Source of the DNA: Chiloscyllium plagiosum
Taxonomy: Eukaryota
NCBI RefSeq assembly: GCF_004010195.1
Contig: NC_057754.1
Location: 5,359,789-5,379,788, forward strand
Direction of reading: 5' to 3'
DNA length: 20,000 bases
Both the position numbers and the translations under genes were made by a program. A model generated the notes under the pieces. The model had not been told where the DNA came from, did no database searches, and worked only from the letters and a program-made list of their open reading frames with translations. Every line of letters begins with the position of its first letter. Position 1 is the stretch's first letter. Below are positions 1-10,246 of this stretch, in pieces.

Positions 1-85
1 GGAAAATACAGTGTGCTGGACCTGTTCAAAACACCTGTCATGTGCAAGACAGCCTACTGTACTATGCTTGTTTGGTAAGTTATCA

Positions 86-580
86 AATAATGGCATTTGA
101 CACGCTTGACTTTATTGGTCAAGGAATTGAGTACCAGGGTCAGGATGTCATGTTGCAGCTTTATAAGACTTTGGTTAGGCCGCACTTAGATTGCTACATT
201 CACTTCTGGTTGCTACATTACAGGAAGGCTGTGGAGCCTTTGGAGAGGGTGCAGAAAAGGTTTACCAGGAGGCTGCCTGGATTAGAGGGTATGGGCTACA
301 GGGAGAGGCTAGAGAAACTCTGGTTGTTTTCTCTGGAGGCTGAGGGGAGACTTGGTAGAAGGCTATAGCTTTACGAGATGTCACGGCAACTGTTTTATGC
401 AGAGAGTGTGTGGAATGAACTTCCTGAGGAAGTGTTGGATGCGGGGACAGTTACAACGTTTAAAAGACATTTGGATAAGGACAAGAACAGGAAAGGGTTT
501 GGAGGGATATGAGCCAGAAGCAGGCAGGTGGGACTAGTTTAATTTGGGATTATGATCGGCATGGACTGGTTGGTTAAGGC
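86..580 (+). mobile_element. CR1-clade (HER1-like) LINE 3' fragment
   Basis: RT C-terminal peptide LQLYKTLVRPHLD..ERVQKRFTRRLPGLEG followed by the 3' UTR ggagggatat..gtgggactagtttaatttgggattatg; frameshifted. Confidence 0.85.
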
Positions 581-582
581 CC

Positions 583-801
583 GGGGACAGATGAACTTCC
601 CTCGGGGACATTATTGAACAACGTGGGTTCTTAACAATAATCTGCATACACTTAGGTTCACGTTTTAACTCCAGATTTTTATTGAATTCAAATTTAACTA
701 TCTGAAAAGGTAGATTCAGAGCCATTAGTGTTAGCCTCCCAGGCATTAGCATGAAGTTCTGAAATGCCAGCCCAGAGGCTTTGCCACTACGTCACCACCT
801 C
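583..801 (-). mobile_element. Old tRNA-type SINE remnant (SacSINE1/DeuSINE-like)
   Basis: Shares ttccct..ggacattattga..gttctta..ttgaatt blocks with 5830-5925. Family name is from recall, not a search. Confidence 0.45.
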
Positions 802-853
802 TTCGTTTGCGACTTGATCAAAATCACCCTCAACCATCTCCTTCCTCTGCCAG

Positions 854-1068
854 GTTTTCAACCAGTTTTGCCTATTACGGGCTAGCGATAGACCTGCAAG
901 GATTTGGCGTTGATATTTACCTCATCCAGATCATTTTCGGAGCCGTGGACATCCCAGCAAAGCTCATTGGGGTTGTGACGTTAAGTTATATCGGCCGCCG
1001 GTTCACACAAGGTACCTCCCTCATCCTGGCGGGGAGCATCATTATCACAAACATCCTCATTCCAAAAG
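854..1068 (+). CDS. slc22a6: SLC22 organic anion transporter (OAT1-like) internal exon, TM7-TM9 region, 215 bp
   Basis: Acceptor ctctccttcctctgccag|G at 853/854; donor AAG|gtgagg at 1068/1069. Translates FSTSFAYYGLAIDLQGFGVDIYLIQIIFGAVDIPAKLIG...GRRFTQ...IPK, matching the OAT1/3 pattern including the PAK lysine (960-962). Paralog assignment (a6, a8 or lineage-specific) is uncertain. Confidence 0.93.
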
Positions 1069-2621
1069 GTGAGGCCTATACGTTTTCCACATCCCTCTCT
1101 CTCCAATGGGCCTCAGATTAAACACGGGGAGGGGTGTCCTTTCCAGGAAGATGTGGGAGATTTACTTTAGGTGGTAACGTTGTGACTTTGTGGCGCAAAA
1201 CCTGACTGAAACACCCGGCAGTGCACAGCTGGATCCCAGAAGTGGTATCGACAGGACACTTCCCTGACCTGAAGGGGTGTTTTCTTTCCCCAGGCATGTT
1301 CCAAGGATTGTCCCAGACCAGACCAACCTTGCTCTCCCTGTCTGCCTTGACGCTACAAGACAAGACTCAATTACCTTGGGCGTCTGTACATTCATGGTAG
1401 AGGATCAGTGCTGAGCCTGAGGCCTAGCTGCCAAAATAGCACCAACCATACACACTAGAATATCTCTGAAGAGATGCTTCCAGCCTGGCTTAGATCTGAC
1501 TCTGGTCTATCTGTCTCGGCTCCTCTAGCAAAGAAGGACCAGGCAATAGAGAGGCCATTTCACAGCCGTTGCTAGGCTATGAAGGTGTCAGTAGTCTACC
1601 GACTGGTTGTGCTGAGAGAGGTTCTCTCTACGGAGGCTCCAACTGGCCACTTCTAGCCCATGGAACCCAGCCAAGATTTTATCTCCCTCGGTGCCAATGT
1701 GTTAAAGTATTCAACAAAAGAATCTGCCTGAAAATGTCAAGCAGTTTATTAAACCATTGCTTCCCAAATTATTTTCTATTTTAAGTCTTGGACGTAATTG
1801 CAGGCGCAAGCTAAAACAAAGCGATAAAGCAACATTCAGTTCCTATTTTCAAAAATCTCAGTATTATTGGTCAATATTGCATCAGACCAACATGTGTTTT
1901 GAAATAAAAATGTTTAATGAAGCTTATTTAGACTTCAGCCAAGTTCTAGATCGTCCCCAGTGATGCCTCTCTCTATCCGTATCCACACAAATGTTGTAAT
2001 TAGCCCAGCTCCCAAATTTTTCTCAAATGTCTCCATCTCCCTTCAGCTCAGACCAACATTCTCTACTCATTTCCATCCCTCCAAACTTCACTCGCTCTCT
2101 CACTCTGCACCAGACTCCCAACCTCAATACATCCACTGACCAATCCCGTCTCCCTTATGTTGCCTTCTGTCTAGTCGTCAGTGCCCGTAAGGCAGAGTTG
2201 CTATGCTAGAGTAAGCAGACGGAAGCAGAAACCAGGACATCTAAAGAGTCACACTTTCCAAGGTCAGGCTCCTGGTTTCTCAGTCTGTGACTGAGTTGAC
2301 CATTCCGGCCTTTTCCGTGTGCCAGTCAGATTGGAGCCGGGCTGAAAGAATCTCTGTGGAGATATTCCAGTGTGCGCGGTTGGCGCCATTTTGGCAACCA
2401 GGCCTCAGGCTCGGTGCTGTCACACCATCTTCTATCCCAAATGCACGACACCAGAGGCGAGTGGGAATTGAGTCAGAGGCACAAGAAAATGGAGTCTTAT
2501 CTTGTAGCATCAGCATTCAGAGGGAGAGCAAGGTTACTCTGGCCATCAGACCATCCCATTTGAATGTGCTGCTAAAAGTTGTTTCTGAGGCTGAGGGGGG
2601 GGTCATCACCCATCACCTTTG

Positions 2622-2926
2622 GGTGGCTCAGTTGTTAGCACTGCTGCCTCACAGCTTCAGGGGCTAAGGTTCAACTCCAGCCTCGGGTGACTGCCTGTGT
2701 GGAGTCTGCATGTTCTCCCGAAGTCTGTGTGGCTTGCCTCCGGGTGCTCCTCCCACAGTCCAAAGATAGGTTGGCCACGCTAAAGTGTCCACAGATGTTG
2801 CAGGCTAGCTGGATTAGACATAGCAAAGGCAGGGTTACGGGGATAGGGTAGGTGGGTGTGGGTGACATGTCTTTTGGAGGGTCGTTATGGGCAGAAAGGC
2901 CTGCTCCCACACTGTAGGGATTCTAT
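2622..2926 (+). mobile_element. HE1-like V-SINE, diverged
   Basis: tRNA-like head ggtggctcagttgttagcactgctgcctcacag..ggttcaactcc, V-domain gtgtggagtctgcatgttctccc..ccgggtgctcc, and LINE-like tail ggcctgctcccacactgtagggattctat. Confidence 0.85.
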
Positions 2927-3229
2927 AATTCCTTGCTGCTCAGCAATATGGGTCCAGGCTTGTGCCATCAGACCCTCCGGACTGGGGGAGAGTCTGGAAA
3001 TGCTTCCATTATTATCCTGTATTCCAGCAAAGCCTAATGCAAACCTGAGGGACAACACATTATCTTTTACTTTGGCACTTTACAGGCTTTTAAGACTCAA
3101 TATTGAGTTTAACAACTGCAGAAGATGAACCTTGTCCTCCATTTTGCTTACCGCCATTGTCTTTCAGTGGATCTGATCCAACTTCCTCTGTCAACACCAA
3201 TCATTAACACCGACATTTCATCTCTATCG

Positions 3230-3437
3230 CTCCTCTACTGCTATTGGCACTCCTTTGGCCTCTTGCTCTGGGGTTCCACCTGTTCACCTCGCTCCTTTAT
3301 CCTCTTTCCCCACGGTATGAAACCCATCCTGTTTCCAGCCCCCTCCAGTTCCATCCCAGAGGTTAACTCTGTTTCTCACGCTCTGTACTGATTCTACCAG
3401 ACCCGTGCTGAGTTTCTGCAGCACTTGTCGTTATTTC
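3230..3437 (+). mobile_element. Degenerate Penelope-like terminal remnant lacking the hammerhead core
   Basis: ccagttc...gttaactctgtttctc...ccagacccgtgctgagtttctgcagca resembles the ctgcctgacctgctgcgcttttccagca tail of the 8137-8264 element; no CTGANGA/GAAA left. Confidence 0.4.
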
Positions 3438-3540
3438 CCTCCCCAGGCTCCAACGTGAGCGACGTTTCTCCATCGAAGGTACACTGTTATTGGCGCTGAC
3501 GTTCCCATTTCTCCATTCCCCCCCCCCCCCCCCCCCACAG

Positions 3541-3649
3541 ACATGGAGACCCTGCGAACGTCATTCGCTGCTATTGGGAAAGGATGTCTCGCAACGGCGT
3601 TCAGCTGCTGCTATCTCCATGCTGGTGAACTCTACCCAACTGTGGTCAG
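3541..3649 (+). CDS. slc22a6: SLC22/OAT exon, TM10 region, 109 bp
   Basis: Acceptor C19-acag| at 3540; donor AG|gtgggt at 3649/3650. Phase matches the previous exon (G+AC=Asp). Translates DMETLRTSFAAIGKGCLATAFSCCYLHAGELYPTVVR with the SLC22 ELYPT motif. Confidence 0.94.
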
Positions 3650-3899
3650 GTGGGTTCTCCTGTTCTGCGCAACCACTGAGGCCAGCAAAACTGGACTGAG
3701 AGATCGAGTGACATTCTTGGGGCAAAAGATAGAAAGATGCTGAGATAGAGGATCAGTGTGAGCAGCATTCAAAAACACTTTGCCATTAAGATGCATACGG
3801 TAGGGCTCCCTGAATGGTCTCTGGATAAAGAAGCTGCTTAATGCACTGCTGGGCCTTCACAGAATAGATGTATCAAAGCCAGGATGTGCCTTATGCTAT

Positions 3900-4000
3900 A
3901 CATAGGAACAGGAGTAGGCCATTCAGCCCATTGAGCCTGATGATCATCACCTCAATGCATCTCCCTGCACCACATCCCCATTCCTTAACATCACCAGCCT
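3900..4000 (-). mobile_element. CR1 LINE 3' tail fragment
   Basis: cataggaacaggagtaggccattcagcccattgagc is the reverse complement of the tail type at 10775-10810. Confidence 0.6.
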
Positions 4001-4263
4001 CCAGAGACCTGCCTCAAACCTACTTAATTGTTGGGCAAATGGGGTGCTCAGTGCTACTGGAACGAAAATATACAAGTCCTGGACAGCAGGTGAGAAAGTT
4101 GTCAGATAAGGCTGCAATAACTACCAGGGTCTTGCCAGGGTGAACTGGACAAGGTCCTCGCTAATGCTCGGAGATTATGGTAAGCGGGTGTCAGCACCTT
4201 CATAACAATGGGATGGGGGCAACAATCTAGCAACAGCCTCTGATTCTCTGCTTGCCTCTGTAG

Positions 4264-4467
4264 GCAGACAGGAATGGGTCTCGTGACCACCATGGCCCGC
4301 ATCGGAGCGATGGTGGCACCGGTTGTGAAAATAACGGGCGATTACGTTGCGTTTCTGCCGATGGCGACCTACGGCGGCATGGCGATAATCTCCGGAATTG
4401 CCGGCTTTCTGCTTCCGGAGACTCTCAATGTCCCACTGCCAGACACCATCGAGGAGGTGGAGAACAG
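4264..4467 (+). CDS. slc22a6: SLC22/OAT exon, TM11-TM12, 204 bp
   Basis: Acceptor ctctgcttgcctctgtag| at 4263; donor AG|gtctgt at 4467/4468. Phase is consistent (AG+G=Arg). Translates RQTGMGLVTTMARIGAMVAP...LLPETLNVPLPDTIEEVENR, with the TM11 Arg typical of anion transporters (4298-4300) and the LPET motif. Confidence 0.94.
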
Positions 4468-4734
4468 GTCTGTAACTCCTAGCAATTTTCTCTTTGATTT
4501 GCATTGTTGGTTGACCTACGGATAACATGCCATTCATTGGAGAATATTGGCCTCCCCACACTTAAGCCATCGTGTTGACTGACACTCCCAATTCCCACCA
4601 CTCCAGGTTCTCCAACAGATCACCCTGTCTGGAACTACTCATCAGGGATTCAGAGCGGTTTCCCTCTAACTGTGACCTTGATACCTTTACTCTCTTAGCA
4701 ACTTTTTAGACAGTTGACCACACCACATCACGGA

Positions 4735-5609
4735 CGTTCGATCTGGATAAATGCGAGATATTGCATTTTGGTACAACAATCAGGGGCAGGGCTTATACCA
4801 TTAATGGTAGGGCCTTGGGTAGTGTTGTAGAACAGTGGGACCCAGGGATGCAGGTACATCATTCTTTGAAGTTTGCAACACTTATAGACAGGGCAGTCAA
4901 AAATGCATTTGGCACATTTGCCTTCATTGCCCAGTCCTTTGAGTACATGAGTTGGGACATCATGTTGAGTTTATACAGGACATTGATGAGGCGTCTTCTG
5001 GAATACCATGCCCAGTTCAGGTGGCCCAGTTATAGGAAGAATATTATTAAGTTGTATAGGGTTCAGAAGAGATTTACCAGGATGTTGTTGGGTATGGAAC
5101 GTTTGATTTATAAAGAAAGGCTGAGACTTTTTTCACTGGAGCGTAGGAGGTTGAGAGGTGACATTATAGAGGTTGATAAAATAGTGAGGGGTATGGATAG
5201 AGTTAATGGTAGCTGTCGTTTCCCCACAGTGGGGGATTTCAAGAGTAGGGGAATCGTTTTTTTAAGGTGAGAGAGGAGAGATTTAAAAAAGACATGAGGA
5301 GCAACCTTTTTATACACAGGGTGGCTCATGTGCGGAATGAACGTCCTGAGGAAGTGGTGGAAGTGGGTACAGTAATAAGGTTTAAAAGACATCCAGATAA
5401 GTACATGAATAGGAAAGATTTGATAGTCATACAGCACGGAAACAGACCCTTCGGTCTAACCAGCCCATGCCACATAATCCCAAACTGAACTAATCCCACC
5501 TGCCTGCGTGGAGGGATATGGGTCAGGCAGGTGGGACTAGTTTAGTTTGGGATTATGGTTGGCACGGACTGGTTGGGCCGAAGGAACTGTTTCCGTGATA
5601 TATGACTCT
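4735..5609 (+). mobile_element. 5'-truncated CR1/HER1-like LINE
   Basis: ORF 4761-5270 (HFGT..GRAYTINGRAL..LYRTLMRRLLEY..RVQKRFTRML..RRRLRGDIIEV), then the 3' UTR ending gggccgaaggaactgtttccgtgatatatgactct. Confidence 0.9.
5423..5507 (-). mobile_element. Inverted CR1 3' tail nested in the LINE above
   Basis: Reverse complement of 5524-5609; it interrupts the host at aggaaagattt^ggagggatatggg. Confidence 0.85.
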
Positions 5610-5679
5610 CTCACTTGGTTTCTACTCTCCAGCTCAGTACACTTTGTTCACTCTTAGCTGGGCAACTTCATCTTTTTTC

Positions 5680-6025
5680 CTTCATGTGGGGAGGGGGGTC
5701 ACTGTGTTTGTTGCCCACCCTTAATTGCCCCTGAACTGGGTTGGGCATTTCAGGGAGCATGTTCTTGTCAATCACATTACTGTGGACTGGGAATCACATG
5801 CAGTTCAGACCAGCTGAGGATGGCAGGATTCCTTCCCTGAAGGACATTATTGAGCGTAATGTGTTCTTACAACAATCGATAGAAGTTTCCGAGTCACCAT
5901 AAGTGATTTTGTTTGTTGAATTTAAGCTCCACAAGTTGTTTTGGCGAGATTTGAACCTATAATCCCCAAAGCCTCAGCTGGCTTCTCGGGATTACCAGCA
6001 ACATCATCACGACACCGTCAGCTCC
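5680..6025 (-). mobile_element. Old tRNA-type SINE remnant (SacSINE1/DeuSINE-like)
   Basis: Homologous to 583-801; B-box-like gagatttgaacc (minus strand ggttcaaatctc) near 5946-5957. Confidence 0.5.
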
Positions 6026-6240
6026 CAGTCCCATACAACATTACTTCTGAAGGCACTCAACGATATTCCTGGGCCCCTCCTCTTCCTCATCCACGTGTAG
6101 GACGTGAGGTGAATTCCAGGTGTATGTTGAATTCACCAGCCCTCTTGGTACTGCCTTAGTGTTACCAGAATGCTTGGCTAACCTCTGTCCTTGGGGGACA
6201 GAATTTCTCTGAGTTGAACAATAGGAAGTTGAAAGTATTT

Positions 6241-6994
6241 GAGTCATAGAGATGTGCAGCATGGAAACAGACCCTTTAATCCAACTCGTGCATTCCAACA
6301 GATATTCTAAACTAACCTAGTACCATTTGCCAGCACTTGACACATATCCCTCCAAACCCTTCCTATTCATGTACCCAATCACATACCTTTTAAATGCTGT
6401 CATTGTACCAGCCTCCACCATTTCGTCTGGCAGCTCATTCCATACACGCACCACCCTCTGTGTGAAAAAATTATCCCTTAGGTCACTTTTAAATGTTTCC
6501 CCTTTTACCTTAAACCTATGCCCTCTGGTTTTGGACTCCCCTACTGAGGGGAAAAGACCTTGGCTGTTCACCCTATCCTTACACCTCATGATTTTATAAA
6601 CCTCTATAAGGTCACAATAGTATCATTTAAGATGTATTTAGACAGATACATGAAGGAACAGGGAGCAGAGGGGTACAGACCCTTAGAAAATAGGCAACAG
6701 GTTTAGAAAGAGGATCTGGATCAGCGCAGGCTTGGAGGGTCCGAAGGGCCTGTTCCTTTCTTTGCCTTCGTTAACCCTTCAGCCTCCGAAGCTCCAGGGA
6801 AAACATCCCCGGCCCACTCAGCCTCTCCCTACAGCTCAACCTCTCCAACCCTGACAACATCCTGGTAAATTTTTTCTGAATCCTTGCAGGTTTCACAACA
6901 TCTTTTCTATAGCAGGGAGACCAGAACTGAACGCAGTATTCCAAATGTGGCCTCACCAATGACAATGTCAGCCGCAACATGGCCTCCCAACTCG
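6241..6994 (-). mobile_element. CR1/HER1-like LINE 3' fragment interrupted by a + strand LINE tail
   Basis: ORFs 6771-6980 (LVRPHLEYCVQFWSPCYRKDVVK) and 6317-6589 (SKTRGHRFKVKGE..NFFTQRVVRVWNELP) are consecutive parts of RT/C-terminus; tail at 6241. Confidence 0.9.
6616..6757 (+). mobile_element. Nested CR1 3' tail of a different subfamily
   Basis: catttaagatgtatttagacagatacatga...gcgcaggcttggagggtccgaagggcctgttcct splits the host between ggtcac and cccttcagcctcc. Confidence 0.75.
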
Positions 6995-7059
6995 TAAGGA
7001 TCTTCTGCTAATTCCATATGCCCCTAGCCATTGACTCAACTCTCCGCCCCAGCTACCAT

Positions 7060-7613
7060 CTCAGATTGAGCTAAACAAATGATACCTGCGGTGTCCATTT
7101 TGAGTCTGAGCTACCCAGCTCACATCCCAATCACATTAAAGACAGCCAACTTCCATCCCTGCAACACTGCTCACCTCCACCTGTCTCTCAGATCACCCAT
7201 CACTGAAACCCCCTTTCCACACCTCTGGCACCTTGAGAATTAACATTCTAATGTCCTCCGCCGTTGTATTTAAATTTGGGTCTTCGTGGCTTCACTTCTC
7301 CCATTCTCCATCACCTCTTTACCCCTACAGCTCATGACCAAACTTACCACTCCTCTGACCCTTGTGTATTTCTCTCCCTAAATAGGCCATTGACTAGGTC
7401 CCATTCATTAAAATTTCCTTCCAAACTCTTCCAACTCCCAATCTTCATTTCTTCCAACTCCCATTCCTCATTTCCTCATTAAAATTGCTTTAGTCTCCTG
7501 GTCACCATTCCCATTATCTTTTGGCTTGACACCCAGTTTGCTCTTGTTATGTTGCCCAAAATGTCTCGGGACACGTTTCTACATTTGTAGGGTTGTGTGA
7601 ATGCACGGTTTGT
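7060..7613 (+). mobile_element. Highly degenerate L2-type LINE 3' remnant
   Basis: Decayed frame GVHFESEL...KTANFHPCNTAHLHLSL..ETP resembles the L2 RT C-terminus (GVIFDPEL..KTAYFHLRNIARLRP..ETLIHAF); pyrimidine-rich 3' part. Confidence 0.5.
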
Positions 7614-7809
7614 TAGGACTGTTGACCCTGTGTCTATAATTCGCCCACACAACAAAGCAAACGCTCGCAGTTAAGATACGTCATCACCCCAGCTTCCATC
7701 AAAAGTAAAGACAATGCTGAAGTCGAGTTTCGGGAAACAGCAAATCCCACTTGAAGTATCTTTCAGCTCACCTCCTCAGCCATATAGCACATAGTCTGTG
7801 TCACATTTC

Positions 7810-7920
7810 ATCATAGAGTCCCCATAGTATGGAAGCAGGCCATTCAGCTTATCGAGTCCATGCTGACCCTCTGAAGAGCATCTCACCTAAACTCACACCA
7901 TCTCTGCAACCCTGCATTTC
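7810..7920 (-). mobile_element. V-SINE 3' end anchoring the minisatellite
   Basis: Tail tcatagagtcccc..gcaggccattcagc..gagtccatgctgaccctctgaagagcat..accctgcatttccc parallels 9880-10012. Confidence 0.75.
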
Positions 7921-8136
7921 CCATGACTAACCCACCTAGCCTAGACATCCCTGCACACTATGGGACAATTTAGCACGGCCAATCCACCCTAACCTGCACA
8001 TCCCTGGACAAAATGGGGCAATTAAACATGGCCAATCTACCCTAACCTGCACATCCCTGGACACTATGGGGCAATTAAACATGGTCAATTTACCCTAACC
8101 TGCACATCCCTGGACACCATGGGGCAATTAAACATG

Positions 8137-8264
8137 AGGAGAAAGTGAGGTCTGCAGATGCTGGAGATCAGAGCTGGAAATGTGTTGCTGGAAAAGCGCA
8201 GCAGGTCAGGCAGCATCCAGAGAACAGGAGAATCGACGTTTCGGGCATAAGCCCTTCTTCAGGA
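8137..8264 (-). mobile_element. Short Penelope-like (pLTR-type) insertion in the minisatellite
   Basis: 128 bp non-array insert flanked by atggggcaattaaacatg (8119-8136) and atggggcttttaaacatg (8265-8282); array phase shifts by 146 = 128+18; carries a hammerhead core. Confidence 0.8.
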
Positions 8265-8266
8265 AT
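8231..8266 (-). ncRNA. Minimal type-I hammerhead ribozyme
   Basis: Minus strand AUUC-CUGAAGA-A-GGGC-UUAU-GCCC-GAAA-CG-UC|GAUU. Core intact, 4-bp stem II, palindromic ACGU minimal stem III, stem I with one U-U mismatch. Predicted cut between 8235 and 8234. Confidence 0.8.
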
Positions 8267-9678
8267 GGGGCTTTTAAACATGGTCAATCCACCCTAACCT
8301 GCACATCCCTGGGCACTATGGGACAATTTAGCATGGCCAATCCACCCTAACCTGCACATCCCTGGACACTATGGGACAATTTAGCACAGCTAATCTACCC
8401 TAATCTGCACATCCCTGGACACTATGGGGCAATTTAGCACAGCTAATCTACCCTAATCTGCACATCCCTGGACACTATGGGGCAATTTAGCACGGCCAAT
8501 CTACCCTAACCTGCACATTCCTGGGCATTATGGGCAATTTAGCATGGCCAATCCTCCCTAACCTACACATTCCTGGGCACTATGGGCAATTTAGCACAGC
8601 CAATCCACCCTAACCTGCACATCCCTGGACACTATGGGGCAATTAAACATGGTCAATCCATCCTAACCTGCACATCCCTAGACACTATGGGACAATTTAG
8701 CATGGCCAATCCACCATAACCTGCATATCCCTGGACACTATGGGAAAATTTAGCACGGCCAATCCACCCTAACCTGCACATCCCTGGACTCTATGGGACA
8801 ATTTAGCACGGCAAATCCACCCTAACCTGCACATCCCTGGACATTTTGGGACAATTTAGCATGGCCAATCCACCCTGACCTGCACATCCCTGGGCACTAT
8901 GGGACAATTTAGCACGGCCAATCTACCCGAACCTGCACATCCCTGGTCACTATAGGACAATTTAGCACGGTCAATCCACACTAACCTGCACATCCCTGGG
9001 CACTATGGCGCAATTTAGCACTGCCAATCTACCCTAACCTGCACATCCCTGGACACTATGGGGCAATTAAACATGGTCAATCCACCCTAACCTGCACACC
9101 CCTGGACATTATGGGCAATTTAGCATGGCCAGTCCACCCTAACCTACACATCCCTGGGCATTATGGGCAATTTAGCACAGCCAATCCACCCTAACCTGCA
9201 CATCCCTGGACACTATGGGTCAATTAAACATGGTCAATCCACCCTAACCTGCATACCCCTGGACATTATGGGCAATTTAGCATGGCCAGTCCACCCTAAC
9301 CTACACATCCCTGGCACTATGGGGCAATTTAGCACAGCCAATCCACCCTAACCTGCACATCCCTGGACACTATGGGGCAATTAAACATGGTCAATCCACC
9401 CTAACCTGCACACCCCTGGACATTATGGGCAATTTAGCATGGCCAGTCCACCCTAACCTACACATCCCTGGGCATTATGGGCAATTTAGCACAGCCAATC
9501 CACCCTAACCTGCACATCCCTGGACACTATGGGGCAATTAAACATGGTCAATCCACCCTAACCTGCATACCCCTGGACATTATGGGCAATTTAGCATGGC
9601 CAGTCCACCCTAACCTACACATCCCTGGGCATTATGGGCAATTTAGCACAGCCAATCCACCCTAACCTGCACATCCCC

Positions 9679-9789
9679 ATATGGAGGATAGTGGGCTAGT
9701 GTAGATTAGGTGGGCTTGGATCGGCGCAACATCGAGGGCCGAAGGGCCTGTACTGCGCTGTATTCTTCTATCTTCTATGTTCTATGTTC
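9679..9789 (+). mobile_element. CR1 LINE 3' tail
   Basis: ggatcggcgcaacatcgagggccgaagggcctgtactgcgctgta followed by a (TTCTATG)-like terminal repeat. Confidence 0.8.
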
Positions 9790-9879
9790 AAATCCCCTCG
9801 CAAGCTCCTGCCAATTCCTTGAAATCTTTGCCTCCTGATTAATGACCACTCTGTAAAGGGGAAATGGTCCAGAGAGTCA

Positions 9880-10246
9880 CAGAATCAGTACAGTTTGGAA
9901 TCAGGCCATCCGGCCCATCGAGACCACACCAACTCTCTGAAGAGCATCCCACCTAGACCTACCACCAAACAAACCCACAGCCCAACCCTATCCCAGTAAC
10001 CCTGCATTTCCAGTGGCCAGTCCACCCTAACCTGCACGTCCCTGGACACAATGGGACAATTTAGCACGGCCAATCCACCCTAACCTGCACATCCCTGGGC
10101 ACTATGGGACAACGTAGCACGGCCAATCCACCCTAATCCAAGCAGGGAGGATGTGCAAACTCCACACAAACAGTCACCTGAGGATGGAATCGAACCCAGG
10201 TCTCTGGTGGTGTGCAACAGCAGTGCTACCCATAGTGCCACCGTAC
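9880..10246 (-). mobile_element. HE1-like V-SINE with about 2.5-3 internal 53-bp units and a partial V-domain deletion
   Basis: Head at 10190-10246 (cgaacccagg..cagcagtgcta..gccaccgt); tandem units 10015-10137; tail at 9880-9960. Confidence 0.85.

Larger units (their letters stand above)
7921..9677 (-). repeat. SINE-derived 52-53 bp minisatellite, about 31 units
   Basis: Unit aatccaccctaacctgcacatccctggacactatgggacaatttagcacggcc; it is the internal segment of the HE1-like SINE (compare 16034-16080). Confidence 0.95.

Noticed and set aside
2227..2280. 11-bp perfect inverted repeat agaaaccagga/tcctggtttct as a MITE
   Set aside because: Very short, no TSD, no second copy; could be chance.
4175..4561. 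128-aa minus-strand ORF
   Set aside because: Antisense shadow of the GC-rich SLC22 exon; no recognisable protein.
4625..4652. Minus-strand CTGATGA as another hammerhead (also CTGATGA near 3937 and 12913)
   Set aside because: No properly placed GAAA..UH or closing stems.
9163..9665. Duplicated 62-aa ORFs as repeat proteins
   Set aside because: By-products of the 314-bp array periodicity.
7921..9677. CRISPR-like regular array
   Set aside because: No unique spacers; contiguous near-identical units derived from a SINE in a vertebrate intron; no cas genes.
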